From: Macrostomum lignano
Taxonomy: Eukaryota
Direction of reading: 5' to 3'
Length of the DNA: 58,655 nt
Assembly: GCA_002269645.1 (NCBI GenBank)
Contig: NIVC01004132.1
Coordinates: 1 to 58,655, forward strand
Shown here: in pieces, positions 46,742 to 58,655 of the stretch
Position numbering within the stretch: the stretch's first letter is position 1
How the letters are laid out: every line of letters begins with the position of its first letter
Made by a program: the position numbers and the translations under genes
The notes under the pieces: generated by a model
What the model saw: only the letters and a program-made list of their open reading frames with translations
Database searches by the model: none
What the model was told of the DNA's origin: nothing

Positions 46742-49700
46742 CTACCTCAGCTGACTGCCATTGAACTGATCAGCACTGGCCGAGTTGGCCGCGGCTAATG
46801 CGGCAGCCCGACGCTTCTCAGCATTCGAATAGGCGCTAAAAAAGATGTCGCACAGCTGCCTGAGACGGACAGTTCGATCAGTCAGCTGCTGAGGCTGCTG
46901 CTGCTGGGGCTTCTGCAGATGCGGATACCAGCGCAGCATGGACAGATGCCGGTCCCGGCTAACGGAGTGCAGAAAGTGGAAGCAGTAGTGCAGCACGCAC
47001 TCATCCTTCTGCATCCGGTCTGGCAGGCGGTGGCCTGCGAGTGTTGGGCGTCGATGTTATTCAATAATATTATAGGGCCTGTATATAGGCAGCCAGTTTT
47101 AGTCTAGGGGGCTGCGTGCACCCTGACGCACTTTAGGCGACTTTGTAAAGAAACTTTTATCCAGTCAAAAAGGCCATTATTACACACCATTTAGCGGCTA
47201 CACCAGCAGATTTCTATAACTGATAAGAGCAGGCATACTGCTATGAGATTTTATTAAACTAATTAAAAGTTTATGACTAAGTTATAGACTCGTCTATTTA
47301 TCTTATCTGATTGTCCATTCCACTGCCCCTCGCCACCAGTAATCAATGTACATCATACTCTCTGCCAAAGTGACCAACCAGTTCACCCACCCCATCTCTC
47401 GTCCAATCAAATCAAATTTGAAAGTGTGAAAGAATTGGCCGCTCAAAAGTGTGTTAAAATAACCGGAAAAGTGTGGCAAATTGGCACAATGTGTTAAGTG
47501 CAGTCATACACGCAGGCACACACTCACACAGGAGTGTACAGCGGCCCTAACTTTATTTTATCGTTAGGAATGTACACTTCACTGTGCCTTGGGGGTTGGC
47601 CCTCTAACTGGGCGTTAATTGCACGAGCAGAGCCAAGCCGAGATTCCACTTTTGCTCTAAATTAACAGTAGGAGTACAAAGTCATTTTTTGTTGCGCAAC
47701 TTCTCAAACAAGAATTAAGTTGCCAGCCCTTCGGACCCTTAAGATATTCATTCAATTCAACGATTCTACCAGGTTGGCTTTTTTACATAAGCGCCAGTGT
47801 ATTCAATACACCCATGTGCACTAACCAGCACTGCGCCTCACTGAAGCCTTTCAAAGCCTCTAAACTTCATCAGTACGTCGACCACACGTGTCTGCATCAG
47901 CTCTGAATTTGTTGGTCACCGGCCTTAAGCTAGGCGGAGCTTCTCGACCTTAAGCAGGTGGCACCAGGTGACTATGGACACACTCTAATGTGACTGCACT
48001 GGGAATCGAGCCCGGACCGCTGGTACATCAGAGCGCCGCGCTAGACCACTAGGCTAAGAAACACTAGAATGTCTATGGCCGACAACTTACCAAAGAGGAA
48101 CCAATCATAAGCCAGGGTCAAATAGAGCAACTGCATTGCGCTCAGACTGGCACGGCACAGGCCTTCAGACCAGAGCAGGCACCTCAGCAGGCTGATAAAC
48201 ATTGGCGTCCTGTCCCAGCCGCTGACGCAGTGCAGCATAATGCCGCCATCGTCTGGGAACTCAACCAGATAGCCTAACAGCAGGCGCATGTAGTTAGCGG
48301 TCAGCCTGGTCAGGTCCCAGTCTCGATAGCGTTGCCAGTCGATGTCTACAGCGCACAATGGCAGCTGGTCATCGAATCTTAACTGGGCGGTGACTGACGG
48401 GTTGTGCCAAGCGAAATGCACGCCGGACATCGATAGGCCGTGACCGATGGACCAGACGCGGAAGAATTCGCAGCCGGGATAAGGAATCACGCATAGCTTG
48501 TAGTCTCTGTAATGAGGGAGTTCAGTGAGGGCAATTAAGTTAGGAGGGGAGTGCATGGGAATTTTCTTTATGTACAGTCTGGGGTGGGTGCGGGGATTTC
48601 CCTACTGTACATTCTAAGTTGGATGGGGATTTCCCTACTATATAGTCTAGGGTGGGTGTGGGGATTTCCCTACTGTACAGTCTGGGGTGGGTGTGGGGAT
48701 TTCCCTACTGTACAGTCTGGGGTGGGTGTGGGGATTTCCCTACTGTACACTCTGGGATGGGTGGGGGGATTTCCCTACTGAACAGTCTGGGATGGGTGGG
48801 GGGATTTCCCTACTGAACAGTCTAGGGTGGGTGTGGGGATTTCCCTACTGTACAGTCTGGGGTGGGTGTGGGGATTTCCCTACTGTACAGTCTGGGATGG
48901 GTGGGGGGATTTCCCTACTGAACAGTCTGGGATGGGTGGGGGATTTCCCTACTGTACAGTCTGGGATGGGTGGGGAGATTTCCCTACTGTACAGTCTGGG
49001 TGGGTGTGGGGATTTCCCTACTGTACAGTCTGGGATGGGTGGGGGGATTTCCCTACTGAACAGTCTGGGATGGGTGGGGGATTTCCCTACTGAACAGTCT
49101 AGGGTGGGTGTGGGGATTTCCCTACTGTACAGTCTGGGGTGGGTGTGGGGATTTCCCTACTGTACAGTCTGGGATGGGTGGGGGGATTTCCCTACTGAAC
49201 AGTCTGGGATGGGTGGGGGATTTCCCTACTGTACAGTCTGGGATGGGTGGGGAGATTTCCCTACTGTACAGTCTGGGTGGGTGTGGGGATTTCCCTACTG
49301 TACAGTCTGGGTGGGTGTAGGGATTTCCCTACAGTACAGTCTGGGTGGGTGGGGGGATTTCCCTACTGTACAGTCTGGGGTGTGTGGGGATTTTTTTCCT
49401 ACTGAACAGTCTGGTGTAGGTGGGGGGATTTCCCTACTGTAAAGTCTGGGGTGGGTGGGGATTTCCCAATAAAGCTATTTCGCCTGTCAATGACATTAAA
49501 GTCACCAATACCAACTGTCTGTAATAGCACACAACACATTCAAAATAGAAACCACAAAGACTTACTTGTATCGTCCTCTCTTATCAATCTTCTCCGTAGA
49601 CGATAACGGCAAGGGCACTCTGTACTTGTAGAACTTAGCCTCCACTGTTAAGTCGACAATTTGTCTGACACGCAAGCAGTCTAATAGGGCCATGTCCTTG

Positions 49701-50845
49701 CCCCTGGTCCGGTCAAAGAAGCTATTGCTGCTAATACCGGTTGCTGAGGCAACCGATTCGCTGTCAGCCGCCTCTGACTCGCCGGAGGTTGGCGCAATAG
49801 AATTGGGCGTGGATTTTCTACCGACGCTCATAGAAGAAAACCAGGACGACACCACCCCGATGGCGCTTCTGTGTTGGCAGAGGATGGTTTGGGAATGCTC
49901 TCTGTGATTCCCCACTCTGCTCTCTGTGATAACCCACTCTGCTCTCTGTTATTTCCCACTCTGCTCTCTGTGATTCCCCACTCTGCTCTCTGTGATTCCC
50001 CACTCTGCTCTCTGTGATTCCCCAGTCTGCTCGCTGTGATTCCCCACTCAGCTCTCTGATTCCCCACTCTGCTCTGTCTGATTCCCCACTCTGCTCTCGC
50101 TGATTCCCCACTCAGCTCTCTGTGATTCCTCACTCAGCTCTCTCTGATTCCTCGCTCAGCTCTCTCTGATTCCTCACTCAGCTCTCTGATTCCCCACTCT
50201 GCTCTGTCTGATTCCCCACTCTGCTCTGTCTGATTCCCCACTCTGCTCTCGCTGATTCCCCACTCAGCTCTCTGTGATTCCCCACTCAGCTATCTCTGAT
50301 TCTCCACTCTGTTCTCTCTGATTCTCTCACTCTGCTCTCTCTGATTCCCTCCTCAACACTGCACAATCCTACCTAGAATAAGCTTCAGGCCAAGCGCTCA
50401 AGGCTGCAGACCGGCACACCAGTTTGCCTTCAAACATGAGCGCAGGCGCCGGGAAGCGGCCTCGGACCCGGGCCTTACTAGCAGATTTGCACACGGCATA
50501 GAAGTCATCCGGATATGCTAACTCCTGCTCAGGCCGGCGCCTCAAACAGCTGCTAGGCAAAAACAAATATGGCGGATAAGTGTCGCACAACTGGCCATCG
50601 GTATTGTCTAAACAGCCGTGCAGTTTGTAGTCCAACTCAATCAGTTCCCGACAATTGCTGCTAGCTAGAAGTGCAGCGGCAGCTTCGGAGCCTCCCGAAC
50701 CAGACAATGGCGATGAGTTTGGCAAGTCAGTAAGCAGACGGCTGGTGTAAGCTTTCTCAAGCATGCAACCCAACAGTCTGTGCAGTTCCGACTCTGTGAC
50801 GTCATCGACTGGTTGGGAACGGGAGCGACGCCCAATATCGACCAT
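46742..50845 (-). CDS. MTMR14: Myotubularin-related protein 14 (Jumpy)-type phosphatase, ~494 aa; exons 50845-50373, 49868-49566, 48506-48091, 47034-46742
   Basis: ARVRGRFPAP, VCRSAALSAW, RGKDMALL, IPYPGCEFF, catalytic HCVSGWDRTP (CX5R intact), LAYDWFLFG, RLRQL..IFFSAYS; phases consistent; AATAAA shortly after the stop. Confidence 0.93.
47500..48054 (-). mobile_element. Second SINE copy in MTMR14 intron 3, with ~340 bp extra sequence between head and body
   Basis: Head 47993-48054 and body 47500-47648 match 31041-31273. Confidence 0.78.
48560..49465. repeat. ~32-34-bp minisatellite (GGGATTTCCCTACTGTACAGTCTGGGATGGGTGG), MTMR14 intron 2
   Basis: About 27 units. Confidence 0.94.
49905..50345. 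repeat. 20-22-bp minisatellite (CTGATTCCCCACTCTGCTCT), MTMR14 intron 1
   Basis: About 20 units. Confidence 0.93.
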
Positions 50846-52258
50846 TATCTGGCATGAATAAGATTGATTACGAATTTAGTTAGATTAGAATACACAATGG
50901 TGTTTTCTAGTTTGAATTCACGCCAGCATATACATACCAAACTTGAAATTAAAATCTACATCAGATATTTCTAGTGAGATTATTAGGTAAGACAGGCAGG
51001 TACAAATCATATTACGAATGGAGAACAACTGCACTAATGGTTAAAACTATAGACAACACATCCTAATCATTTTTGTATGTCATTTAGTCCAATTTATCAT
51101 ACTGGTCATTTTGGTGTACATGTGCAACCTGACATTACACTACCATGCAACTTAGTTTTGACCACAGATACTAAAATAACTATATGGGCAACTCGGGCAT
51201 ATATACCTAGTAAAACAGCTTTCTACTTTCAGTTCAGTAGCAAAGAAGAATACATAAGCTATTTTATAAAAAAGGCAGCTAAAATTACTTTGATGAGTTT
51301 AGAAGCCTGAGCTTGTAGACAAAGAACTCACTAATTGGTTCAACAATAATGTAGATTAGCCAGTCCTTTGAAATATACAAGGCAACCTTAAGCTGGAATT
51401 CTGGGAAAGGCAAAAAAAGGGTAAGGGAGTAGTGTGGAAAGGTGTGGCTTGAGAGTTTAAGCTGGGGATAAGAGCCAATAAATGAGCATTGGCTTTAAGA
51501 ATACATTAAAATGCTTTTGTTTAACTTAATACTGAACTGAAGTAGTTTGCATGCAAGTGTTCTGAGTGGCCAATCTAGGTTATTTTAGTATCTGTGGTTT
51601 TGACTAAAAATCCAGCTTAGTTTTACAACTTAATCCTAAACTAAAGAAAGAAATGTTTACTTTGTCACCAATATTTGTCAAAAAAGTCATAAATTTTGTG
51701 ACTTATACTTGGTCCAATATAATTTTTGCCACCTAGATTGGCTGGGTCAGCAAGCAGTTGCATATGTATTTTTTTGGTATGTCAATAGTATAGAAAATAG
51801 CAATAGTGACAGTAATAGTGAGTTGCAATTCAAGCTTTCAGTTTGTTTTATAAAAACATATGCATGCTTTTTGATTTATTATAATTTTATAGCTATAGCA
51901 AACCACTCAATAGAGCAGTTATACCAGGAGTTGTGGCAAAACTTTTAGCTCATTTAAAGATATTCCTATCTAGAAAAAGCCTGGAAACTTTTGCATGAAT
52001 ATCTGTGAAACTTAAAAAATTAAATATTAAATAAATATTAAATAACTTTAATTTAAATATCTGCAAAACTCTAGTGAGAGTATAATAGCTAGCTTGACAA
52101 AAAAATAAAAACAAACTAAAAAACTTTAGTTCCTTATTAAAGCTACTATAATTTTTAGTGGCTTTGCTTTTAAATGCAATAACTTTGTTTAATTATAACA
52201 AGTGCAATACATTTTCAAATGAAATCATGCAAGTTTTTGATTTTTGGAACAAATAAAA

Positions 52259-52556
52259 CATACATGAGCAACCTCCGAAATTTGGTCGGCCATGCGACTT
52301 AGTTTCAACAAAAATGCGACGTAGTTTTTGGCCAAAAATGCGACTTACATGTAAAAAAACCCTAAAGCAAAATTAACGCAACTTTGGGTAAACGGCAGGA
52401 GTAACTATGACTGTCTTATTAAGCCAAAATGCCTCGTCAGCTACTTAGTACTACTACTTGGTTATTTTTTCAGGTGGGCATTTTTGCGACTTCCTTGGTT
52501 GGCCGCCAGATCGGTCGGCCGGATCGGCCGACTCGGCCGACTGTTGCGCATGTATG
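52259..52556. mobile_element. 298-bp MITE, copy 2, with 28S rDNA fragment at 52386-52449
   Basis: TIR CATACATGAGCAAC / GTTGCGCATGTATG; TSD AAATAAAA at 52251-52258 and 52557-52564; roughly 95% identical to copy 1 by eye. Confidence 0.93.
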
Positions 52557-53524
52557 AAATAAAAGCTGCATGCACATAAACATTTTAGTTGCACAAGCTT
52601 GCCAAAAATATGTGCACAAGAGTGTAAGTTTTTATGCATAGAATGAGTCCAGCCAGAAATTTGTACAAAAATTTCATCTTTGATTTTTGATAGGATACTT
52701 TTATAGGCCCTAGGCTTATAGTATATCACCCAATAAAATGCAAAATCTGCAGAGGAATCAGAAAGGAATAGCTTATTAAAATGTGGAATCTGCAGCAGAG
52801 TGGTAAAATGTAAAATGAACCGCAGATTCCAATAACTTTAATTTAAATTATGCAAATGCAAGGTAGCTGAAGTGCACTATAAACTATATATAATCTTTTT
52901 AACAATAAAGCCTTTGAAATTTGACCAAACTATTAGAGAGAAAGTTATAATAATATTTTCAATATCTATCAGTCATATTATTTATGAGAGAACTTATATT
53001 TACTACTTTGAGTAGGCCTAATAGATGCTAGTTAATAGTTTAGTTTGCCTCACAATATAGAATTATACTAAAATTATATACAATTACACTGCTATTATAG
53101 GCATTAGTGGTATAGGCAAAGGGGGGATATAGGGATCTAACCCTCCCCCCCCCGTGGGCCTGGTCGATGGGTATAAGAAATGGAAAGCATAGTGCATGCT
53201 AATACATGCTAATGCAAATCAAAAAACAATTTTTATTTACTAAAGCAAAGCAAGAATTTTTTCTATTTTTCCACTAAATTGTGAATTTGAGTAGGTACTA
53301 GCAATCTACGCCTCCCATTGGGGAGCCAAAGAAATGCAATACACATTTTTTTAATAAGCTACATGCATCCTTGAAATCTTAAAAAATCTCTTGTCAAACT
53401 TTGTAAGCCTTGACATGTCAGTAATTCCCCCCCCCCACAAGCTTTAACATATCAACTTCCCCCCCCCCTTGACATCTCAGCAATGCCCCCAATAAGCCTT
53501 GGAAATCTAAAAATATCTGTCAAC

Positions 53525-54122
53525 CTTCCCTACCCTACCCTACCCTAGCCTAACCCTAACCTTAATGCCCCCTTAATGCCCTCAGTTAAGGTTCTACGCT
53601 TAACTGATGAGCCCCAATAAGGGCGAAACCACAGTCTTAAGCTGACACCCTTGAAAAATTTATCCTATACCATGTCTGAATTCCTTGCTTCCCCTATCCC
53701 CTCCTTGAAATCAATCCCCTTTGAGGCAACTGATGGCCCTGGTCTCCAGGTTGTCTGGGGGTGCCCCTAGGCTGGCTGGTTCCCCCTAGTCCCGTCGCCC
53801 TGTTCCGGTCTGGGTTGAGACCCCAGTACCGAGGACACTGTGGCAGAGGCCAGTGCCTCCTCCCCCTCCTCCTCCTCCTTCCCCCAGCCTCCCCTGGTGG
53901 TGCCCTGGATCTCCCACAGACCTGGGCCCCAGTTGCTTCAATTAGCAAAAGTATCCAACCTCACCTTACCCTAACCCTAACCCCTAACCCTAATCCCTTA
54001 TCCTAACCCTTACCCTAACCCAATCTCCTTCTGCCTCTGGTCCCCTGGTATCTTAATCTGCCTATCCTGCAACCCCATACCATAAGTCCTAACCCTTAAC
54101 CCTAACCCTAACCTAACCCTAA
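53525..54122 (+). repeat. Short interstitial telomere-like (CCCTAA/CCCTA)n tracts at ~53525-53565, 53960-54020 and 54090-54122
   Basis: Read directly; imperfect. Confidence 0.7.
53598..53642 (+). ncRNA. Minimal type I hammerhead ribozyme motif
   Basis: Stem I GCTTAA/TTAAGC, core CTGATGA, stem II GCCC-CAATAA-GGGC, GAAA, one-pair stem III C-CACA-G, GTC cleavage triplet at 53634-53636. Confidence 0.8.
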
Positions 54123-54994
54123 AGCATTGAAATTTCAGTAATAATTCTCTCTAAGAGTCATTATTGCACTACTATAGCATTATAGCGATTCCCTGCAAGC
54201 CTCAACATCGTAGGGATTCCCAAATAAATCTCTTAACTTCGACATGAAGCTTCTTTTATTTTTTACATTACGTTTTTTTATCAGCAATCCCTCCCCTGAG
54301 GAGGCATCAAATAATGTAATAAAAAGTTTTCAATAAACTACATCTAGCTTCTGACTTTAGCCTTGAAATCTCATTTATACCCCCATGAGCCTTGACATCT
54401 CAGCTATTCCCCCCGTAAGCCTTAACATGTCAGCGATGGCCCCCATAAACTTTGAAATCTAAAAATCCCCTGTTATTCTGTTAACCTTGAAACCCAATAA
54501 AATATAACCCTCAACCCATACCTAACCTAAACCTAACTTTAATAACCCAACCTAAAGCCTTGAAATCTCAGCAATTCTTCTCCCCTAAGCCTTGACATTT
54601 TAGTGATTCCTTCTTTAAGAATCACAGCACTATAACAATTTCCACCAAGCTTTGACATCGTAGCAATTCCCAAATGAATCTTTTAACTTTGACATGACTT
54701 TTCTTTTATGTATACATAGTGCTACTTTTATTTTTTACATGACTCTTCTTCTATCAGCGCCCCCCCCCCTGTGGCGAGCCAACAAAGAATGCAATAAAAA
54801 ATTGAGTAAAGTACATGAACTTTGAAGTAGCTTCTGACTTTTGCTTTGACATCTCAGAAACCCCCCCCCATAATCTCAGTTATTCTCTGAGAGCCCTGAC
54901 GTCTCAGTTTTTCTCCCCAGCACAGCATTATAGCTTCATTTAATTTTTACATGATACCCTTGCTTCTTAATTTTTTAAGTGACACTTTCATTAG

Positions 54995-55787
54995 TTTTTA
55001 AATAAGGCTTTTTATGATTGTTTATATGACGCTTCTAAGATTTTTTAAATGATGCTTCTATGATTTTTTAAATGATGCTTCTATGATTTTTATATGACGC
55101 TTCTACAATTTTTTAGATGACGCTACTATGAATTTTTACATGACGCTTCTATGATTGTTTACATGATGCCTCTATGATTGTTTACATGATGCTTCTATGA
55201 TTTTTTCATGACGTTTCTATGATTGTTTACATGACGCTTTAATGATTTTTACATGACGCTTCTATGATTTTTTCATGATGCTTCTATGATTTTTTACATG
55301 ACACTTCTATGCTTCTTACATGACGCTTCTATGATTGTTTACATGATGCTTCTATGATTGTTTACATGATGCTTCTATGATTGTTTACTTGTCGCTTCTA
55401 TGATTGTTTACATGACGCTTCTATGATTTTTACATGACGCTTTTATGATTGTTTACATCACGCTTCTATGATTGTTTACATGATGCTTTTATGATTGTTT
55501 ACATGACACTTCTATGCTTTTTATATGACACTTTTATGATTGTTTACATGACACTTCTATGATTGTTTACATGACGCTTTAATGATTGTTTACATGACGC
55601 TTTTATGCTTGTTTACATGACACTTCTATGATTTTTTACATGACGCTTCTATGATTGTTTACATGATGCTTCTATGATTGTTTACATGATGCTTCTATGA
55701 TTTTTTACATGACACTTCTATGATTTTTCACGTGACGCTTTTATGATTTTTTCACATGACGATTTTATGATTTTTATATGACGTTTC
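54995..55787. repeat. 21-23-bp minisatellite (ATGACGCTTCTATGATTGTTTAC), left part
   Basis: About 35 units. Confidence 0.93.
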
Positions 55788-57581
55788 TGTAAGCACTGGA
55801 ATTGCGCTTACATCGAAGCGAAAAAACAACGGCCTCCTCTCGTCTCGACCGGTTCTATCCAGCCAGACCAGCTCTACACTAAAGGGCAGATAACAAAGCT
55901 GAGGTTTGAAGGCCAAGCCAGCAGCCTGCGAATGTATGACACAGTAGACTCGCAGCAATGCTTTGGGGGGGGGTGATATGGTTGCCTAACAATGGGACAG
56001 AGAAAAATGCTCGAGCGATAACCCTGCCCCACTCAAACTATGCATTGCTCTTCATTTTGTCAACTAAACCAGTTTGCTTGCTTGACTATAAAATACACTG
56101 TCTCACACTTTGAGCCTCACACTCATAACAGGGCCCTCAGAGGCCAGTGTGTTAGAAAGTCTTTCTGACTTGTGAGCAGAAGATAACAGGAATAGAAACT
56201 GTTATATCTGGTTCCCTGAGAGTGAGTCACCCAGTTCCACCAACTTTGACTAAGGGTGATTGCAACAGGCCTTCTCCATTGCTAGATAACATCATCCTGC
56301 CATAGGTCAAAAAGAACGTGCTCGATCAAGGTCAGTGTAAAGTCAACAAGTCATCTCATCAAGCAAGCAAGAAGACCAAGTTGCAACGTGTTTCAACATC
56401 ATCAGAAATCCGAGGCCCAATGCAATTAATTCGTCCTCAACTAACCAAGATTCTCAAGAGAGCCAAGAGACAATTATCGACGTGGTATGCTTGATGACAT
56501 TAAGACGCGACTGTGACGCACCAAGCCGTTACAAATGTGCAGCCGCCACTCTACTTGATGCGTTAAATGGCAATCCAAGAGATATCAGTACAAAACCTAT
56601 TTATCTTCTATGCGTGTAGTGCTTAAGTCGGTCAAGGCACAACTTTGGATCGAACAAAACATTTGGCAGTCATTTCTTCGAATTTTTGGCCTACGACTTG
56701 GCGTACACAACGGATCAATTGAACAAGTGAGAATTTAAACTCAATTAGTAACACTGCCAGATTGCGACACTAGACGTGCAACCAAGCAAGCCTGATGGAG
56801 TTCTGCAGTCACAGTATTTCAAGATATCCGCGAATTGAAAATTGAGTAACTACTGACGACTACTTCGGGGGAAAAGAGCCCCATGAAAAACACAAACACA
56901 AACTGTACTGCAAACAGAAAAGACTTGCTGGTTTGTAACTTCTGACAAACGAACCCTGCCCAAACCGACTCAACTACGACGCATAACCAATCAGCCGACC
57001 AAGTAGCCCAGCCAGAAAACTAGTGACGAATTCAAGTATGAAACTGCTTATTACAAGGACAAAGTCATATCAAGAAGAAGCAACACCTTTGTGTCAGACT
57101 GACACGAGTGTCAGTCTCCAAAAAGGAGAAGATATATAAGCACTGGAATTGTGCTTACATTGAAGCAAAAAAAACAACAGCCTCCTCTCGTCTCGACTGG
57201 TTCTATCCAGCCAGACCAGCTCTACACTGAAAGGCAGATAACAAAGCTGAGGTCCGAAGGCCAAGCCAGCAGCCTGCAAAGGCGTGACACAATAGACTCG
57301 CAGCAATGCTTTGGGGGGAGGTGATATGGTTGCCTAACAATGGGACAGAGAAAAATGCTCAAGCGATAACCCTGCCCCACTCAAACTATGCATTGCTCTT
57401 CATTTTGTCAACTAAACCAGTTTGCTTGCTTGACTATAAAATACACTGTCTTGAATAATTTGCGGTATAGAGAGATTCGGAGATGTGAGTCTCACACTCA
57501 TAACAGGGCCCTCAGAGGCCAGTGTGTTAGAAAGTCTTTCTGACTTGTGAGCAGAAGATAACAGGAATAAAAACTGTTATA
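55788..57581 (+). mobile_element. Non-autonomous LTR retroelement, 1794 bp (LTRs 55788-56206 and 57135-57581)
   Basis: Direct repeats of 419 and 447 bp; PBS TGGTTCCCTGA at 56209 complementary to a tRNA-Glu 3' end; purine tract before the 3' LTR; 5-bp TSD GTTTC/GCTTC; no long internal ORF. Confidence 0.85.
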
Positions 57582-58250
57582 GCTTCTATGATTTTTTACA
57601 TGACGCTTCTATGATTATTCATATGACACTTCTATGATTTTTTAAATGACGCTTCTATGATTTTTTATGACGCTTCTACAATTTTTTACATGACGCTTCT
57701 ATGATTGTTTACATGACGCTTCTATGATTTTTTATATGACGCTTCTATGATTGTTTACATGACGCTTCTAAGATTTTTTACATGATGCTTCTATGATTGT
57801 TTACATGACGCTTCTGTGATTGTTTACATGACGCTTCTATGATTTTTTAAATGACGCTTCTATGATTTTTATGACGCTTCTACAATTTTTTACATGACGC
57901 TTCTATGATTGTTTACATGACGCTTCTATGATTTTTTATATGACGCTTCTATGATTGTTTACATGACGCTTCTAAGATTTTTTACATGATGCTTCTATGA
58001 TTGTTTACATGACGCTTCTGTGATTGTTTACATGACGCTTCTATGATTTTTTATGATGCTTCTTGATTTTTTACATGACACTTCTATGATTTTTACATGA
58101 CGCTTCTATGATTGTTTACATGAAACTTCTATGACTGTTTACATGACGCTTCTATGATTGTTTACATGACGCTTCTATGATTGTCTACATGACGCTTTTA
58201 TGATTTTTACATGACGCTTCTATGATTTTTACATTATGCTTCTTTTAAAA
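57582..58250. repeat. Right part of the same 21-23-bp minisatellite
   Basis: Array resumes exactly at GCTTC after the 3' LTR. Confidence 0.93.
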
Positions 58251-58655
58251 AATCTTTTAGTTTTCCTGACGTTGAAAAGCTTTAATTAAAAAATTATACT
58301 GTATGAAAATTTGAACCATTGTTGCTGCATTTAGCAGTTCAGTTTGTTCACCTCTAGGCTAGCTCTCATTGTTTTGATAACATCAAATTTTGCACTTATA
58401 TATTTCAACACTTTAAAATCCAAGCATAGAGTAAATCCCACAAAGCAGTTATGACATAATCAGTTTCTCAGTCAGTCAGTATCAGTTAACAATATGGTTA
58501 CGCAATTCTGGTGCTACGCTTCCACAACTGCATTTTCAATTCAAGTTTGGAGCTACAATTCAGTTATGATCAATCTATTTCAGAATCAAAATTAACCAGT
58601 CAGTTTTTCTCTAGCATTCTTACAATGCATTTCAAGTCGAAAAGTTTGCTTGACC

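Noticed and set aside
48551-50133. Gly/Trp-rich and Ser/Glu-rich repeat ORFs
   Set aside because: MTMR14 intronic minisatellites.

Overview
Eukaryotic animal genomic DNA. GC-rich exons, spliceosomal introns packed with minisatellites and the protein style suggest a lophotrochozoan invertebrate, possibly a free-living flatworm (inference only). Four host genes can be assembled exon by exon: DNA topoisomerase II (minus, 3' end runs off the window, three 1-nt frameshifts that look like consensus errors), a non-alpha nicotinic acetylcholine receptor subunit (plus, 7 exons), frataxin (minus, 2 exons) and an MTMR14/Jumpy-type phosphoinositide phosphatase (minus, 4 exons). Between them lies a dense transposon landscape: a 6-kb hAT-like element with a spliced transposase ending in a Spindlin-like domain, an intact DD34D mariner, a decayed Gypsy, a non-autonomous LTR element, a tRNA-derived SINE and several MITEs with clean TSDs. 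The least ordinary features are (1) a 298-bp MITE, present twice, carrying the 28S rRNA segment that R2, Pokey and I-PpoI target, with the cut site itself altered; (2) an inverted pair plus a decayed third copy of an unrecognised 66-aa secreted peptide gene with an acidic pro-region and a cationic Gly-ended tail; (3) a minimal type I hammerhead ribozyme among CCCTAA repeats; (4) intronic minisatellites built from the genes' own splice junctions. All family assignments come from remembered motifs; no searches were run.
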